Shown one piece after another: positions 47,255 to 56,593 of a stretch of DNA of 64,000 nucleotides. Source of the DNA: Candidatus Omnitrophota bacterium (lineage in GTDB: Bacteria; Omnitrophota; Gorgyraeia; Zapsychrales; Zapsychraceae); contig JAJDCB010000006.1 in assembly GCA_029261065.1 (NCBI GenBank), positions 284-64,283 on the forward strand. The letters run 5' to 3'. Positions within the stretch are counted from its first letter, which is position 1, and every line of letters starts with the position of its first letter. The notes under the pieces are model-generated. The model saw only the letters and a list, made by a program, of their open reading frames with translations. It had not been told where the DNA came from and made no database searches. A program made the translations under genes and the position numbers.

Positions 47255-49212
47255 GAGCCGGATTCCTCGTCTTCTGGATCACCTTCTAAATATTCCCATC
47301 TCTGATAGGCTTTAAGCAATTCATCTTCCGTGGATTCCAATTGAATTTTGACTTGTGCAATTTCTTTGGGATCCTTCTTAAAGAATTCGGGTTCTGACAT
47401 CATTTCTACAAGATTGTTTTGCTGATCTTCAAGCTTCTCGATTAAAGCAGGTAAGTTTTTGAGTTCTTTCTGTTCATTATAAGAAAGTTGATGGGCAGGC
47501 GTAGATGATTTGGGATGTTTGTCTTTGATTGGCGTATTTTTTGAAACACTTCTTTCTTCTTTGGCTCTTTGATTTATGTTTAACCAATCATCATAACCAC
47601 CAACGTGCTCTGTAATCTCCCCTTCTTCTTGTAAAACAATCGTTGAGGTGACAACATTGTTAAGAAATGTTCGATCATGACTAACTAACAAAAGCGTTCC
47701 CTTATACTCGACGAGCAATTCCTCTAACAATTCTAGAGTTTCCACATCCAGGTCATTCGTTGGCTCATCCATAACTAATAAATTAGATGCTTTTGTAAAG
47801 AGTCGGGCTAGTAAAAGACGATTACGTTCACCACCTGAGAGAACTTTAACTGGTGTACGGGCGCGTTCTGGAGAGAATAAAAAATCTTGTAGATATCCAA
47901 TCAGATGCCGTGAGCGACCATTAATAGGAATGGTATCGGATCCATCACCCACATTTTCCATAACGGTTTTGTTTTCATCTAATTGTTCACGCAGCTGATC
48001 AAAGTAGGTGATACTTAGATTCGTTCCCATTTGAATATCACCGTGTTGGGGTTTGAGCTTTCCCAACAAAATTTTAAGTAACGTTGTCTTTCCTGAACCA
48101 TTGGGTCCAATCACGCCAATTTTATCACCACGCATTATGATCGTGGAAAAATCTTTGATCAAACATAGCTCATCATAATTAAATTTTAAATGATCCGCTT
48201 TGACCACCCTTTGGCCTGATCGATCTGTTTCCTGCGCTGTCATCCGCACCTTCCCCATTAACTGGCGCTCATTCTTTTTCTCTTCCCGCATCCGCTCAAG
48301 GGCTCGCACCCGACCTTCATTCCTTGTCCGTCTGGCTTTAATACCTTTTCGAATCCACTTTTCTTCCTCAGATAATTTTTTAGCAAATTCAACACGTTGA
48401 TTAGCTTCCACATCCAATGCGGCTTTCTTACGTTCCAAAAATGTATTGTAATCACAAGACCAACTAAAAAGTTTGCCGCGATCCAACTCAACAATCTTTG
48501 TTGCCAAATGCGTCATAAACATCCGGTCATGCGTCACAAAGAAAATAGTGCCGTGATAATTTTTTAAAAATCCTTCTAACCAATTAATCGATTCGATATC
48601 CAAATGATTGGTCGGTTCATCTAACAATAAGACCTCGGGACTTAACATTAACGCCTTGGCCAAAAGCACTCTTCGTTTTTGTCCACCCGATAATAATTCA
48701 AATTGACCTTCAGGATCGACCTTCATCTGCGAAATCACCAACTCCACTTGCCTATCAACCTCCCAGCCATTCGTTTGATCCATCTGATGTTGCAAATTAT
48801 CCAATTGACGCAAAAGAGCTGGCGTTTGTTCGCTTTGCAAACGATGATTCACATGATGGTAATCGGCAACAACTTGAGCTTGCTCGCCTAAACCCGATAA
48901 CACAATATCAAAAACATTCCCTGTTAAATCAACAGGAACCTCCTGGGGAAGGTGAGTGACATTAATTCCTTTTTGATAAATGATCTTCCCCTCATCAATT
49001 CCAATCTGCCCTGCCATCACCTTCATCAAAGTTGTTTTGCCCACCCCATTACGACCCAACAAAGCCACCCGTTCACCCGCTTCCAATTGCAGACTCATCT
49101 GATCAAATAGCAGAGGACCGCCAAGGGCCAAGGAAATATCTTGTATACTAATAAGTGCCATACGAACTCTTTCTTGTGAATGATTAACTGTTGAAGTGGG
49201 ATAGTATAGCAA
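47251..49212 (-). CDS. ABC-F family ATPase (Uup-like, two ABC cassettes + C-terminal coiled coil). The probable true start is MALISIQ near 49161.
   Basis: Two Walker A sites (GRNGVGKTT, GPNGSGKTT), two ABC signatures (LSGGQKRRV, LSGGERNRL), no TM domain, and a C-terminal coiled-coil tail as in Uup. Confidence 0.85.
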   Translation of the reverse strand: MLYYPTSTVNHSQERVRMALISIQDISLALGGPLLFDQMSLQLEAGERVALLGRNGVGKTTLMKVMAGQIGIDEGKIIYQKGINVTHLPQEVPVDLTGNVFDIVLSGLGEQAQVVADYHHVNHRLQSEQTPALLRQLDNLQHQMDQTNGWEVDRQVELVISQMKVDPEGQFELLSGGQKRRVLLAKALMLSPEVLLLDEPTNHLDIESINWLEGFLKNYHGTIFFVTHDRMFMTHLATKIVELDRGKLFSWSCDYNTFLERKKAALDVEANQRVEFAKKLSEEEKWIRKGIKARRTRNEGRVRALERMREEKKNERQLMGKVRMTAQETDRSGQRVVKADHLKFNYDELCLIKDFSTIIMRGDKIGVIGPNGSGKTTLLKILLGKLKPQHGDIQMGTNLSITYFDQLREQLDENKTVMENVGDGSDTIPINGRSRHLIGYLQDFLFSPERARTPVKVLSGGERNRLLLARLFTKASNLLVMDEPTNDLDVETLELLEELLVEYKGTLLLVSHDRTFLNNVVTSTIVLQEEGEITEHVGGYDDWLNINQRAKEERSVSKNTPIKDKHPKSSTPAHQLSYNEQKELKNLPALIEKLEDQQNNLVEMMSEPEFFKKDPKEIAQVKIQLESTEDELLKAYQRWEYLEGDPEDEESGS

Positions 49213-49237
49213 AAAAACCGCTAAAAAGCGGTTTTAT
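49211..49237 (-). terminator. rho-independent terminator
   Basis: On the minus-strand reading: AAAACCGC-TTTTTA-GCGGTTTTTTT, with an 8-bp GC-containing stem and a 7-T tail. It follows the end of the operon ending at 49313. Confidence 0.6.
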
Positions 49238-49312
49238 TTGTGCTCTGGTGAAAAACAGACAAATTGCTATATGACACACAATTTGCCCATTCTTCTTATC
49301 TTTATTGAAATT

Positions 49313-49861
49313 TTATCTCCCCCCTTTCTGCAATAATAATCGAAATACCACAACATGGCTCACTAATAAAGCAGGGACAATAACGGCTGGGATAAAATAA
49401 GTTGCACCCATATGACCATCCGAAGTAAATATAACCCCTCTTACAACAGCGTTCAATAAATCTAGTGTTCCTTCAATATTAAAAACCCAAACCAAGGGAA
49501 TCGCCATCTTCCAATTAGATTTTAATGCAACAATGGACGCAAGTGCCAATATGGCCGCCAACAAATCTCCGTAAGCAGCTGGATGTGCAAATCTGGAATC
49601 AAGGGCTTGTGCCGTTACACCTTCGATTAAAAATGACATTCCGATAAATCGAAACGAATGAAGAAAGAGTATTGGTGTTAAGCCCTCAGATAATGATTTC
49701 TCATGCGCCCAAGGCAAAACATACCATTTCGCCATTAAACCATAACTGATAAACCCCATGACCATACTCATGGGCAAAATGAACCCGATGTTCATAATTC
49801 CCCCTTTGTTTAAAAACTTAAAATTATTTTGCTGGTGCAATAAACTCCATACGAATCCCAC
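49313..49861 (-). CDS. integral membrane protein, unknown function. Start probably internal (MNIGFIL).
   Basis: About 4-5 TM helices. The annotated 5' end overlaps the VOC gene by 38 nt, so the internal ATG is more plausible. Confidence 0.4.
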   Translation of the reverse strand: MGFVWSLLHQQNNFKFLNKGGIMNIGFILPMSMVMGFISYGLMAKWYVLPWAHEKSLSEGLTPILFLHSFRFIGMSFLIEGVTAQALDSRFAHPAAYGDLLAAILALASIVALKSNWKMAIPLVWVFNIEGTLDLLNAVVRGVIFTSDGHMGATYFIPAVIVPALLVSHVVVFRLLLQKGGR

Positions 49862-50255
49862 CAGGCTCTGTTATCATCATGTGTTTTGTAGGTCCACCAT
49901 GTAAGTTTTCAGGTGGAAATTCAATATTCACATTGTCAGCTTTGTTTAATTTTTCATACAAGCCTTTAAGTTTTTCTTCTCCATCAACAATAAAAGCAAG
50001 ATGATGAAGTCCAATGTTTGCACGACGGTCGAATTCTATAAGATCTTCTGCTTTAACTTGCCAAAGCGCAATCATCATTGATCCATCGGTCACAAAAGCC
50101 GCAGGATAATCAGGAACTTCGCCCACTTTTTTAAAATGAAGCACAGTTTCAAAAAAATTCAGCGTTGTTGGAAGATCTTTGACGGTTAAACCAACATGAT
50201 GAACGCCTTGTGTTTGTGGTGTCACTTGATTCTCAGCTTGTGTTTGTGTTGTCAT
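49824..50255 (-). CDS. VOC-family (glyoxalase/bleomycin-resistance/dioxygenase fold) protein
   Basis: VHHVGLTVKDL ... GLHHLAFIVDG are the paired betaalphabetabetabeta metal-ligand motifs. Confidence 0.7.
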   Translation of the reverse strand: MTTQTQAENQVTPQTQGVHHVGLTVKDLPTTLNFFETVLHFKKVGEVPDYPAAFVTDGSMMIALWQVKAEDLIEFDRRANIGLHHLAFIVDGEEKLKGLYEKLNKADNVNIEFPPENLHGGPTKHMMITEPGGIRMEFIAPAK

Positions 50256-50860
50256 TTTAATTTCCTTTTTAATTGTGCGTTTTCTTCCTTTAGTTGATTA
50301 ATTTTTTCCTTTAAATCCTTAAATGTTTCTCCCATTTCTTCTTCTGTGTACCGCGGCATAATGTGTTGTGGGCAATTGATATCGATCATCTTGATTTCAA
50401 AGACGATGGCTCGCTCGAGTTTCGCCTTATAACTGGCATCATGCAAACTTTCCAAAAGTTTTAAATCGTCCTCGACAACGCGAGCCTCACCCCATATCTT
50501 TACTCTTCTGCGATTAGGATAATCCATCAGAAAAATATACGCCTTTGTATTTTCCTGTAGCGTTCCAGCAGTGATATATTGTTTATTACCTGAATAATCA
50601 GCAAAGGCGAGTGTCTCTCTATCTAACATTTTCAAAAACCCTTTCGGGCCGCCCCGATGTTGAATATAGGGCTGCCCGTCTTGGCTTGCTGTACCTAGAT
50701 AAAAAGAATCACGTTCAACGATGAATGAAACCAAATCATCCGTCACAGCATTTCGAAAACCACCCCTCTCATCCATTTTGGCGTAACTGGTTCTTGAGCC
50801 AAACTTTTCTTGCATGGATTTAACCACCGGGGAGAAAGCTATATCACTTATTGAACTCAT
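50252..50860 (-). CDS. pyridoxamine-5'-phosphate-oxidase-like FMN-binding split-barrel protein with C-terminal coiled coil
   Basis: GQPYIQHRGGPKGFLKML ... RRVKIWGEARVVEDD follows the PNPOx-like/general-stress-protein-26 pattern. It overlaps the VOC gene by 4 nt. Confidence 0.55.
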   Translation of the reverse strand: MSSISDIAFSPVVKSMQEKFGSRTSYAKMDERGGFRNAVTDDLVSFIVERDSFYLGTASQDGQPYIQHRGGPKGFLKMLDRETLAFADYSGNKQYITAGTLQENTKAYIFLMDYPNRRRVKIWGEARVVEDDLKLLESLHDASYKAKLERAIVFEIKMIDINCPQHIMPRYTEEEMGETFKDLKEKINQLKEENAQLKRKLK

Positions 50861-50874
50861 CGTCGATACCTCCT

Positions 50875-51420
50875 TTACACATTCAAAAGCTCAGGCGCTT
50901 GTGGAAAGTCAACTTGAGTGTCAGCAATGTGGTTTAAGTAATTGTTAAAAACATTTAGTGAAACAAAGCCAATCAGTTCTACTAATGCCGCTTTGCTATA
51001 ACCGGCTTCTATAAACTGATTAATAGATTCCTCCAGGGGTTGTCCGCGTGTTTCTGCTATTTCTTTAGCAAGATGAACAAGCGCGTTAAGCTTTGGATCA
51101 TAGGATCTGCCACCGCGTAGATTCAATGTTTCCTCATCTGTTAAACCAACCACCTTGCCAATAGCCGTATGCGCGGCTAAACAATATTGGCAAAAATTTT
51201 CCTGGCTCACGCTTAGAGCAATGGCTTCTACTTCTTGCGCATTAAACTCACCCTTCTTAAGGGTTTCTCCATATTGTAGGATCGCACTCAAAGCCGCTGG
51301 TGAATTAGCCGTTGTCGCATAAAGATTAGGGATCATTCCCATTTTTTTCTTGAATCCATCAAACACTTTTTGAACATCCCTAGGTGCTTCATCATAAGTT
51401 ACTGCATTTAATTTCTTCAT
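50875..51420 (-). CDS. carboxymuconolactone-decarboxylase / AhpD-like family protein
   Basis: The CxxCxxxH motif (CQYCLAAHT) is typical of the AhpD/CMD fold. Confidence 0.7.
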   Translation of the reverse strand: MKKLNAVTYDEAPRDVQKVFDGFKKKMGMIPNLYATTANSPAALSAILQYGETLKKGEFNAQEVEAIALSVSQENFCQYCLAAHTAIGKVVGLTDEETLNLRGGRSYDPKLNALVHLAKEIAETRGQPLEESINQFIEAGYSKAALVELIGFVSLNVFNNYLNHIADTQVDFPQAPELLNV

Positions 51421-51657
51421 CTCGTATCTCCTTTTTTGTAATTAACCAAGCTCGGCCTCGCCAAAGCGGGGACGGCCCTTTATTAAATTAACAATTTTCA
51501 TCTTGCCCCATCCGCATAATTAACCATTTTTCGTAACTCCGTTTCTTCATCAAAGTTTCCCATTCCTGATGCTTGTAAATCAATAAGGGAATCAAGGCTG
51601 TCGTAATAATCTCCAATTCGATTTAAGTAAGGTGTTATCATTTCGCTCTCCTTTTTG

Positions 51658-51677
51658 CGAACAGACCATTCTGTTCG
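51658..51677. promoter_or_regulatory. 20-bp palindromic operator-like site CGAACAGA-CCAT-TCTGTTCG
   Basis: Perfect 8-bp inverted arms read directly from the sequence. It lies between the tetR stop and an SD plus 47-aa ORF heading the downstream redox operon. Confidence 0.5.
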
Positions 51678-51695
51678 TTAATTAGTCAAAAAAAT

Positions 51696-52289
51696 TTAAG
51701 TTTCCTTACAAACTATCTTCAAAATAGACCTTCGAGCTGTCTCAATAGGCCCAAGATCGCCATAAATCTGGCTGGCCGAAATGGCCCCTTCCATTAACAC
51801 AAAATAGGCATTCACAACAAACTCAATATCTAACCCCTTATACTTTGCATCGGAATCCTTTAAATCCTTGGTCAATTCCCTGATGATCGATTTGAGCCCA
51901 TCTTTAGTGTAAACAACCTCTTTACGCATGCTAGAATGGGTGTCCGTAATTTCAGAGGCTATATTAAGGAAGGCACAGCCTCGGAATTTGCATTGAGGAA
52001 GCCATTCATCAAAATAGGCCAGTGGCGCTAGAAACCGATCCCTAGGTTTCTTATATTCCTCAATCTTCTCCTTAAGCATACCTCCCCAGAGGCTTCCTCT
52101 CGCTTGAAGATAGCTCACACAAAGATCTTCTTTGGATTTAAAGTGATCGTAGAAACTGGCTTTTGAAACACCGGCCTCATCTATAATCTGATTGATCCCA
52201 GTGGCCAAATATCCTTGATTATAAAACAGATTGAGAGCTGTCTCAATGATCCTTTGTTTGGGTCCTAAACTTTTGGTTGCCTTATTCAT
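51696..52289 (-). CDS. TetR/AcrR-family transcriptional regulator
   Basis: N-terminal HTH RIIETALNLFYNQGYLATGINQIIDEAGVSKASFYDHFKSKEDL. Confidence 0.85.
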   Translation of the reverse strand: MNKATKSLGPKQRIIETALNLFYNQGYLATGINQIIDEAGVSKASFYDHFKSKEDLCVSYLQARGSLWGGMLKEKIEEYKKPRDRFLAPLAYFDEWLPQCKFRGCAFLNIASEITDTHSSMRKEVVYTKDGLKSIIRELTKDLKDSDAKYKGLDIEFVVNAYFVLMEGAISASQIYGDLGPIETARRSILKIVCKET

Positions 52290-52304
52290 GTCTAGAGTAT
52301 AAAA

Positions 52305-52321
52305 CGAACAGACCAGTCTGT
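52305..52321. promoter_or_regulatory. second operator-like palindrome (ACAGAC-CA-GTCTGT) sharing the 11-nt half-site CGAACAGACCA with the site at 51658
   Basis: Located 16-32 nt upstream of the tetR start codon. The half-site is identical to the downstream site. Confidence 0.45.
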
Positions 52322-52332
52322 CAAGTCATTTT

Positions 52333-52989
52333 TTATTCTTTTATTATTTTCTTTAAATTCGATAATGATTCAAAAGGCCCATCTACAATGAGCAAATTAA
52401 CCACCCATGCTGGGATATTCCCTGCAGGATCCGCAATAAATTGATACCAAACGTCTGTGGTCCCATCTTCTTTGGGGGTAAGAATCCATTGGCCGTTGGC
52501 AATGGGCATCCGGACTTTATTATTTTTTTCTGGAATGTAGGTTGGCATCTCCTTTAACTCAATCGTAACCATATTCGTTGCAGAATCTTTTTGCATATGC
52601 CAATGTCCAATTAAATCCCTATTCTTAAAAGGAAACGGCACTTTTATTTCAAAATAATAAATCAATTCGCTATCACTTTTATCGTCTAAAACATCCGTCA
52701 TTTTACAATCTGCGTACCATTTTGGATAAGACTTAAGATCTCTTAGTATAGTTACCAAAGTTGAAGTCGTAGCGTTAATATTTGTGACAGCAACAAACTC
52801 TTTAACCTTGGACGTCTCAAAGGTACGTGTATAAACAACAATATCTTTCTTCGCCAAGGCCTGCTTCCACCCCTCTTTTAAAAGATTTTGCTCGGCTACC
52901 CTATGATCAAAGCCATAAGCATCCCCAGGTTCTAAAACGACCAAACAACTCAATGATACTATTAGTAATAATAATATATATTTTTTCAT
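52333..52989 (-). CDS. secreted SRPBCC/START-like (Bet v1 fold) ligand-binding protein, tentative
   Basis: Signal peptide MKKYILLLLIVSLSCLVV, and a ~200-aa soluble domain with START-like spacing of aromatic and charged residues. Confidence 0.3.
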   Translation of the reverse strand: MKKYILLLLIVSLSCLVVLEPGDAYGFDHRVAEQNLLKEGWKQALAKKDIVVYTRTFETSKVKEFVAVTNINATTSTLVTILRDLKSYPKWYADCKMTDVLDDKSDSELIYYFEIKVPFPFKNRDLIGHWHMQKDSATNMVTIELKEMPTYIPEKNNKVRMPIANGQWILTPKEDGTTDVWYQFIADPAGNIPAWVVNLLIVDGPFESLSNLKKIIKE

Positions 52990-53042
52990 GCCTCTCCTTT
53001 TTTAAATCTTTCCAACCGTTTATGCTATAATATCCCCTTCTT

Positions 53043-53591
53043 ATGAAAAAACAAACAGAAAAAGTTGTCTTTAAAGGTGAATGGCTTTCCGTGCATGAAT
53101 CGGTTTACCTCAATCAAAATGGTCAAGAAATTGTATGGGAAAGTGTCCGGCGTCAGCGTAGTAAGGCCGGTGTTGTTGTCTTTGCTAAAATGAAACCATC
53201 TGGACGTTTAATCTTGGTGAAGCAATACCGCCCTGTTTTAAATGGATTTATTATTGGATTTCCCGCAGGCCTCTCCAATGATGAACCCGAACAAGCCTTA
53301 GTAGAATTGAAGGAAGAAACAGGATATGTTGGAACAATTACGGAGATCAGTCCTATTCTAAAAAGTAATGGCGGTATTATAGATGATGGAGGCCGCGTCG
53401 TCTGTATCGAGGTTGATGAAAATGATCCGCGCAATAAAAACCCGCAGCAAGAGTTGGAACCTACCGAACAAATTGAAGTCTTTCCCATTCATCCTGATGA
53501 CGCCTATGATTTTTTGATGAAAGAGTACGAACAAAAAACGCATATCGCCGCTAACCTTTGGTATTTGTTTGTTCTTAGTAAAATGATTTGA
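53043..53591 (+). CDS. NUDIX hydrolase (ADP-ribose pyrophosphatase-like)
   Basis: Nudix-box-like GFPAGLSNDEPEQALVELKEETGYVG at 182 aa. Confidence 0.6.
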   Translation: MKKQTEKVVFKGEWLSVHESVYLNQNGQEIVWESVRRQRSKAGVVVFAKMKPSGRLILVKQYRPVLNGFIIGFPAGLSNDEPEQALVELKEETGYVGTITEISPILKSNGGIIDDGGRVVCIEVDENDPRNKNPQQELEPTEQIEVFPIHPDDAYDFLMKEYEQKTHIAANLWYLFVLSKMI

Positions 53592-53610
53592 AAAACTACG
53601 CGGAAGAACC

Positions 53611-56079
53611 TTATTCTGAAGGCTTAGCATACTGAAGAATTGTTTTTCTAAGTTTATTAATATCAATCGGCTTAGAAAGGAAATCCGTCATACCAATCGT
53701 TTCAGCTTTTTCTTTATCCTCTCTCATGACGGCTGCCGTTAACGCAATAATTGGAAAACTTTGACTAATATCTTTTCGAATAATCTCCGTAGCTTCGACC
53801 CCCCCCATGATAGGCATTTGCAAATCCATTAAACACATATCAAACTCATTATCCGAATTAAGCATCGCAATCGCCTCTTCTCCATTATTCGCATAATGCC
53901 CCTCACATCCTAACTCTTCAAAATAGGCTTGAATCAACATCTGATTCGGCAGACTATCTTCAACAACCAAAACTTTAATACCTTCACAACTCATTTTATT
54001 TTCTTTTGTTTTTTCTTGTTCTTTTTGATACCCCAAAACATATGCAAGAGTTACCATCATTTCCTTCATTTCAACTGGCTTAATGATATAGGCATCAAAA
54101 ACCTCTGATGTAGCTTCCTTCGAAGACTCAGCCGTTATATCTGCCGTTACAGCGACACATTTGGTATCTTTATAAGCTTTATTTTCTTTTACCTTTTTTA
54201 TAAATTCATGCCCATTCATCCCTTCCATCATAAGGTCACAGAGAATCAAATCAGGAACAACGTCCTTTTGCGTCTTAAGATTATCAAGCTTATGCAAAGC
54301 CGCTTGTGGAGAATCCGCTTCACCAAACATTTTTAGTCCCATTTCTTCACAACATTTATAAATAATTTTTCTTGCGATTTTACTATCATCCACAACAAAA
54401 ACTTTTTTATATTCTAATACTTCCCGATAAGAAGCATCCATTTCCTTATTGTCAAAAACCTCGCCCGCGTTTAATTTAACTGTAAAAATAAATTCTGTAC
54501 CCACGCCCTCCTCAGATTCCACATCTATCTTTCCACCCATGGCCCCAACAAGAGCTTTAGAAATCGTTAGTCCTAAGCCCGTCCCACCAAATTTTCTTGT
54601 TGTTGATTCATCTGCCTGTGTAAATGATTCAAAAATGGCATCTAATTTATCGTTTGGAATTCCTATTCCCGTATCCTTAACACGAAAACAAATTTCAACG
54701 TCTTCACCAGGCAAAACATCTTTTTGATGCAACAAACGAACGATGACACCAATGTTTCCCTGAGATGTAAATTTAACAGCGTTGCCCAACAAGTTGACAA
54801 ACACCTGCTTTAAACGTGTTGGGTCTCCCTTCACATTAATAGGTACATTTGAATCGATATCCACATAAGTATCAAAGGGTTTATCTTTCATACGAACAAC
54901 AATCATCTTAAAAGCATCGTAAATTAATGTTTCTAAATTAAAATCAACTTCTTCCAACATAATTTTTCCTGATTCTAATTTTGAAACATCTAAGATGTCG
55001 TCAATAATTCCTACAAGCAATTCTCCACCCGATGCAACAGCATCAAGATAAGTTTTTTGTTTATCATTAAGCGTTGTCTTTCTTAACAAATCGCTAAAGC
55101 CCAAAATGGCATTCATAGGCGTACGAATCTCATGGGACATATTTGCCAAAAAGTTACTTTTAGCCTTAGCTGAGATTTCCGCTTCATCTAATGCTTTCTC
55201 CAATCGTTTTTCATGTTCTCGTAATTTTTCATTAGCCACTTCCAATGTATTCTGAGCTCTTGTGAGTTTATCTACAGAAATCATGGAATTTTTTAAATCA
55301 AAAACCATCTTATTAAAGGAATCGACCAAATCACCAATTTCATCTTTCGACTTTGTCTCTACAATAATATCTAATTTTCCTTTACCAATTTCTAAGGCTG
55401 AATCTCTTAATATTATAATCGGTTTTGAAATTAATCTCGACATGACAAGTCCCAAGAAAACAGCTAAAAGAATCGCAATCATAGAAACTATAAAAATTGT
55501 CCGTAATGAACTGTTTAAAGAAGAATTAGCATGCGCGCCTCGCCTTCCAAGCTCTTCGACTTCTGCTGCTATGCGATCACCAATAGCCTCTTCTAATGAG
55601 TCTTCGATTCTCTCTACTTCATCTTTTAATACATGAATCTCTTCTTCATTTTTTCCATATTTTTTGGCATTAACCAATAAAAAAGACATATCAAACAATT
55701 CATCTTTAATATTTTTGATAATGCCAAGAAACGCCTTCTCTCCTTCCTCTTCCTCAAACTCTTCAATCTGGGCAAGTTCATAAACAGCTTTATCTAACCC
55801 TCTACTTGCGTCCTCCATTTCCGCTAACTCATCTTCTATTTGTCCCTTTGCCCCTCCTTCCGTTTCAATTAACAAAACAACGCTAAACATCTCTGCTAGT
55901 AGCCGCATGGACGTCGCATCAATTTGCCCTAAAGCTACTATTTCAGGGGTCGTCTCCTCTACAATCGCATCAAAGTCTTGAAAGACATCCCTCGTTGCAT
56001 TCCAACCAACGTACCCAACAACAGCACTCAATAAAGCAACGACGATAAAAGATAGTATTAATTTTTGACGAATGCTCAT
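53611..56079 (-). CDS. hybrid sensor histidine kinase with two C-terminal receiver domains
   Basis: N-terminal TM, coiled coil and HAMP-like region. H-box MSHEIRTPMNAILGFSDLL, HATPase_c (DTGIGI, GTGLGLTISKALV), receiver 1 (VFVVDDSKIARK ... LILCDLMMEGMNG) and receiver 2 (VLVVEDSLPNQ ... CLMDLQMPIMGG). Confidence 0.85.
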   Translation of the reverse strand: MSIRQKLILSFIVVALLSAVVGYVGWNATRDVFQDFDAIVEETTPEIVALGQIDATSMRLLAEMFSVVLLIETEGGAKGQIEDELAEMEDASRGLDKAVYELAQIEEFEEEEGEKAFLGIIKNIKDELFDMSFLLVNAKKYGKNEEEIHVLKDEVERIEDSLEEAIGDRIAAEVEELGRRGAHANSSLNSSLRTIFIVSMIAILLAVFLGLVMSRLISKPIIILRDSALEIGKGKLDIIVETKSKDEIGDLVDSFNKMVFDLKNSMISVDKLTRAQNTLEVANEKLREHEKRLEKALDEAEISAKAKSNFLANMSHEIRTPMNAILGFSDLLRKTTLNDKQKTYLDAVASGGELLVGIIDDILDVSKLESGKIMLEEVDFNLETLIYDAFKMIVVRMKDKPFDTYVDIDSNVPINVKGDPTRLKQVFVNLLGNAVKFTSQGNIGVIVRLLHQKDVLPGEDVEICFRVKDTGIGIPNDKLDAIFESFTQADESTTRKFGGTGLGLTISKALVGAMGGKIDVESEEGVGTEFIFTVKLNAGEVFDNKEMDASYREVLEYKKVFVVDDSKIARKIIYKCCEEMGLKMFGEADSPQAALHKLDNLKTQKDVVPDLILCDLMMEGMNGHEFIKKVKENKAYKDTKCVAVTADITAESSKEATSEVFDAYIIKPVEMKEMMVTLAYVLGYQKEQEKTKENKMSCEGIKVLVVEDSLPNQMLIQAYFEELGCEGHYANNGEEAIAMLNSDNEFDMCLMDLQMPIMGGVEATEIIRKDISQSFPIIALTAAVMREDKEKAETIGMTDFLSKPIDINKLRKTILQYAKPSE

Positions 56080-56292
56080 GACAGCTCTCTAGTTATGTAC
56101 TAATGTTCCCTTTACCCAAACTTTGACACAGTTTTTCATCTCAATCTCTTTATAAGATCAACACGTCTAGTATAATTCTTTATAACATCTTTATTGTTTA
56201 TAATATCGGAAGGCCTTAGATATAACAATGTAATAATCAACAATTTCCTTTTCAGATTATTAAATTCTTCTACTGAATAATTCCATGAGATT

Positions 56293-56556
56293 TTACATTT
56301 TCCAAATGAAGACTAAAATGCTTAACTGCAGAATAATAAGAGCGAAGAAAGCAAGCTGAAAACTTGCCTTAGCTATTTTATGCCGAAAAATCCTCTGCCC
56401 AACAAATGCTCCGATACTGCCCCCAAACAATGCCCACAAGTGTAAAACTTTTTCTGGAACACGACGCTTATTCTTAACAGCCTTACGCTTGTCATAACCA
56501 TATAAAAAAAATGTCGCAACATTAATCACACATAAATAAAGAAGAATATAATTCAT
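56293..56556 (-). CDS. DUF1294-family small membrane protein
   Basis: YGYDKRKAVKNKRRVPEKVLHLWALFGGSIGAFVGQRIFRHK matches the DUF1294 core (W...GG..GA..G...F.HK). Confidence 0.6.
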   Translation of the reverse strand: MNYILLYLCVINVATFFLYGYDKRKAVKNKRRVPEKVLHLWALFGGSIGAFVGQRIFRHKIAKASFQLAFFALIILQLSILVFIWKM

Positions 56557-56593
56557 ATCTTATAAATCATTGGATAATAACTTTAAATGTCTC

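Noticed and set aside
53153-53666. Minus-strand ORFs 53153-53488 and 53358-53666
   Set aside because: They are antisense shadows of the NUDIX hydrolase gene.
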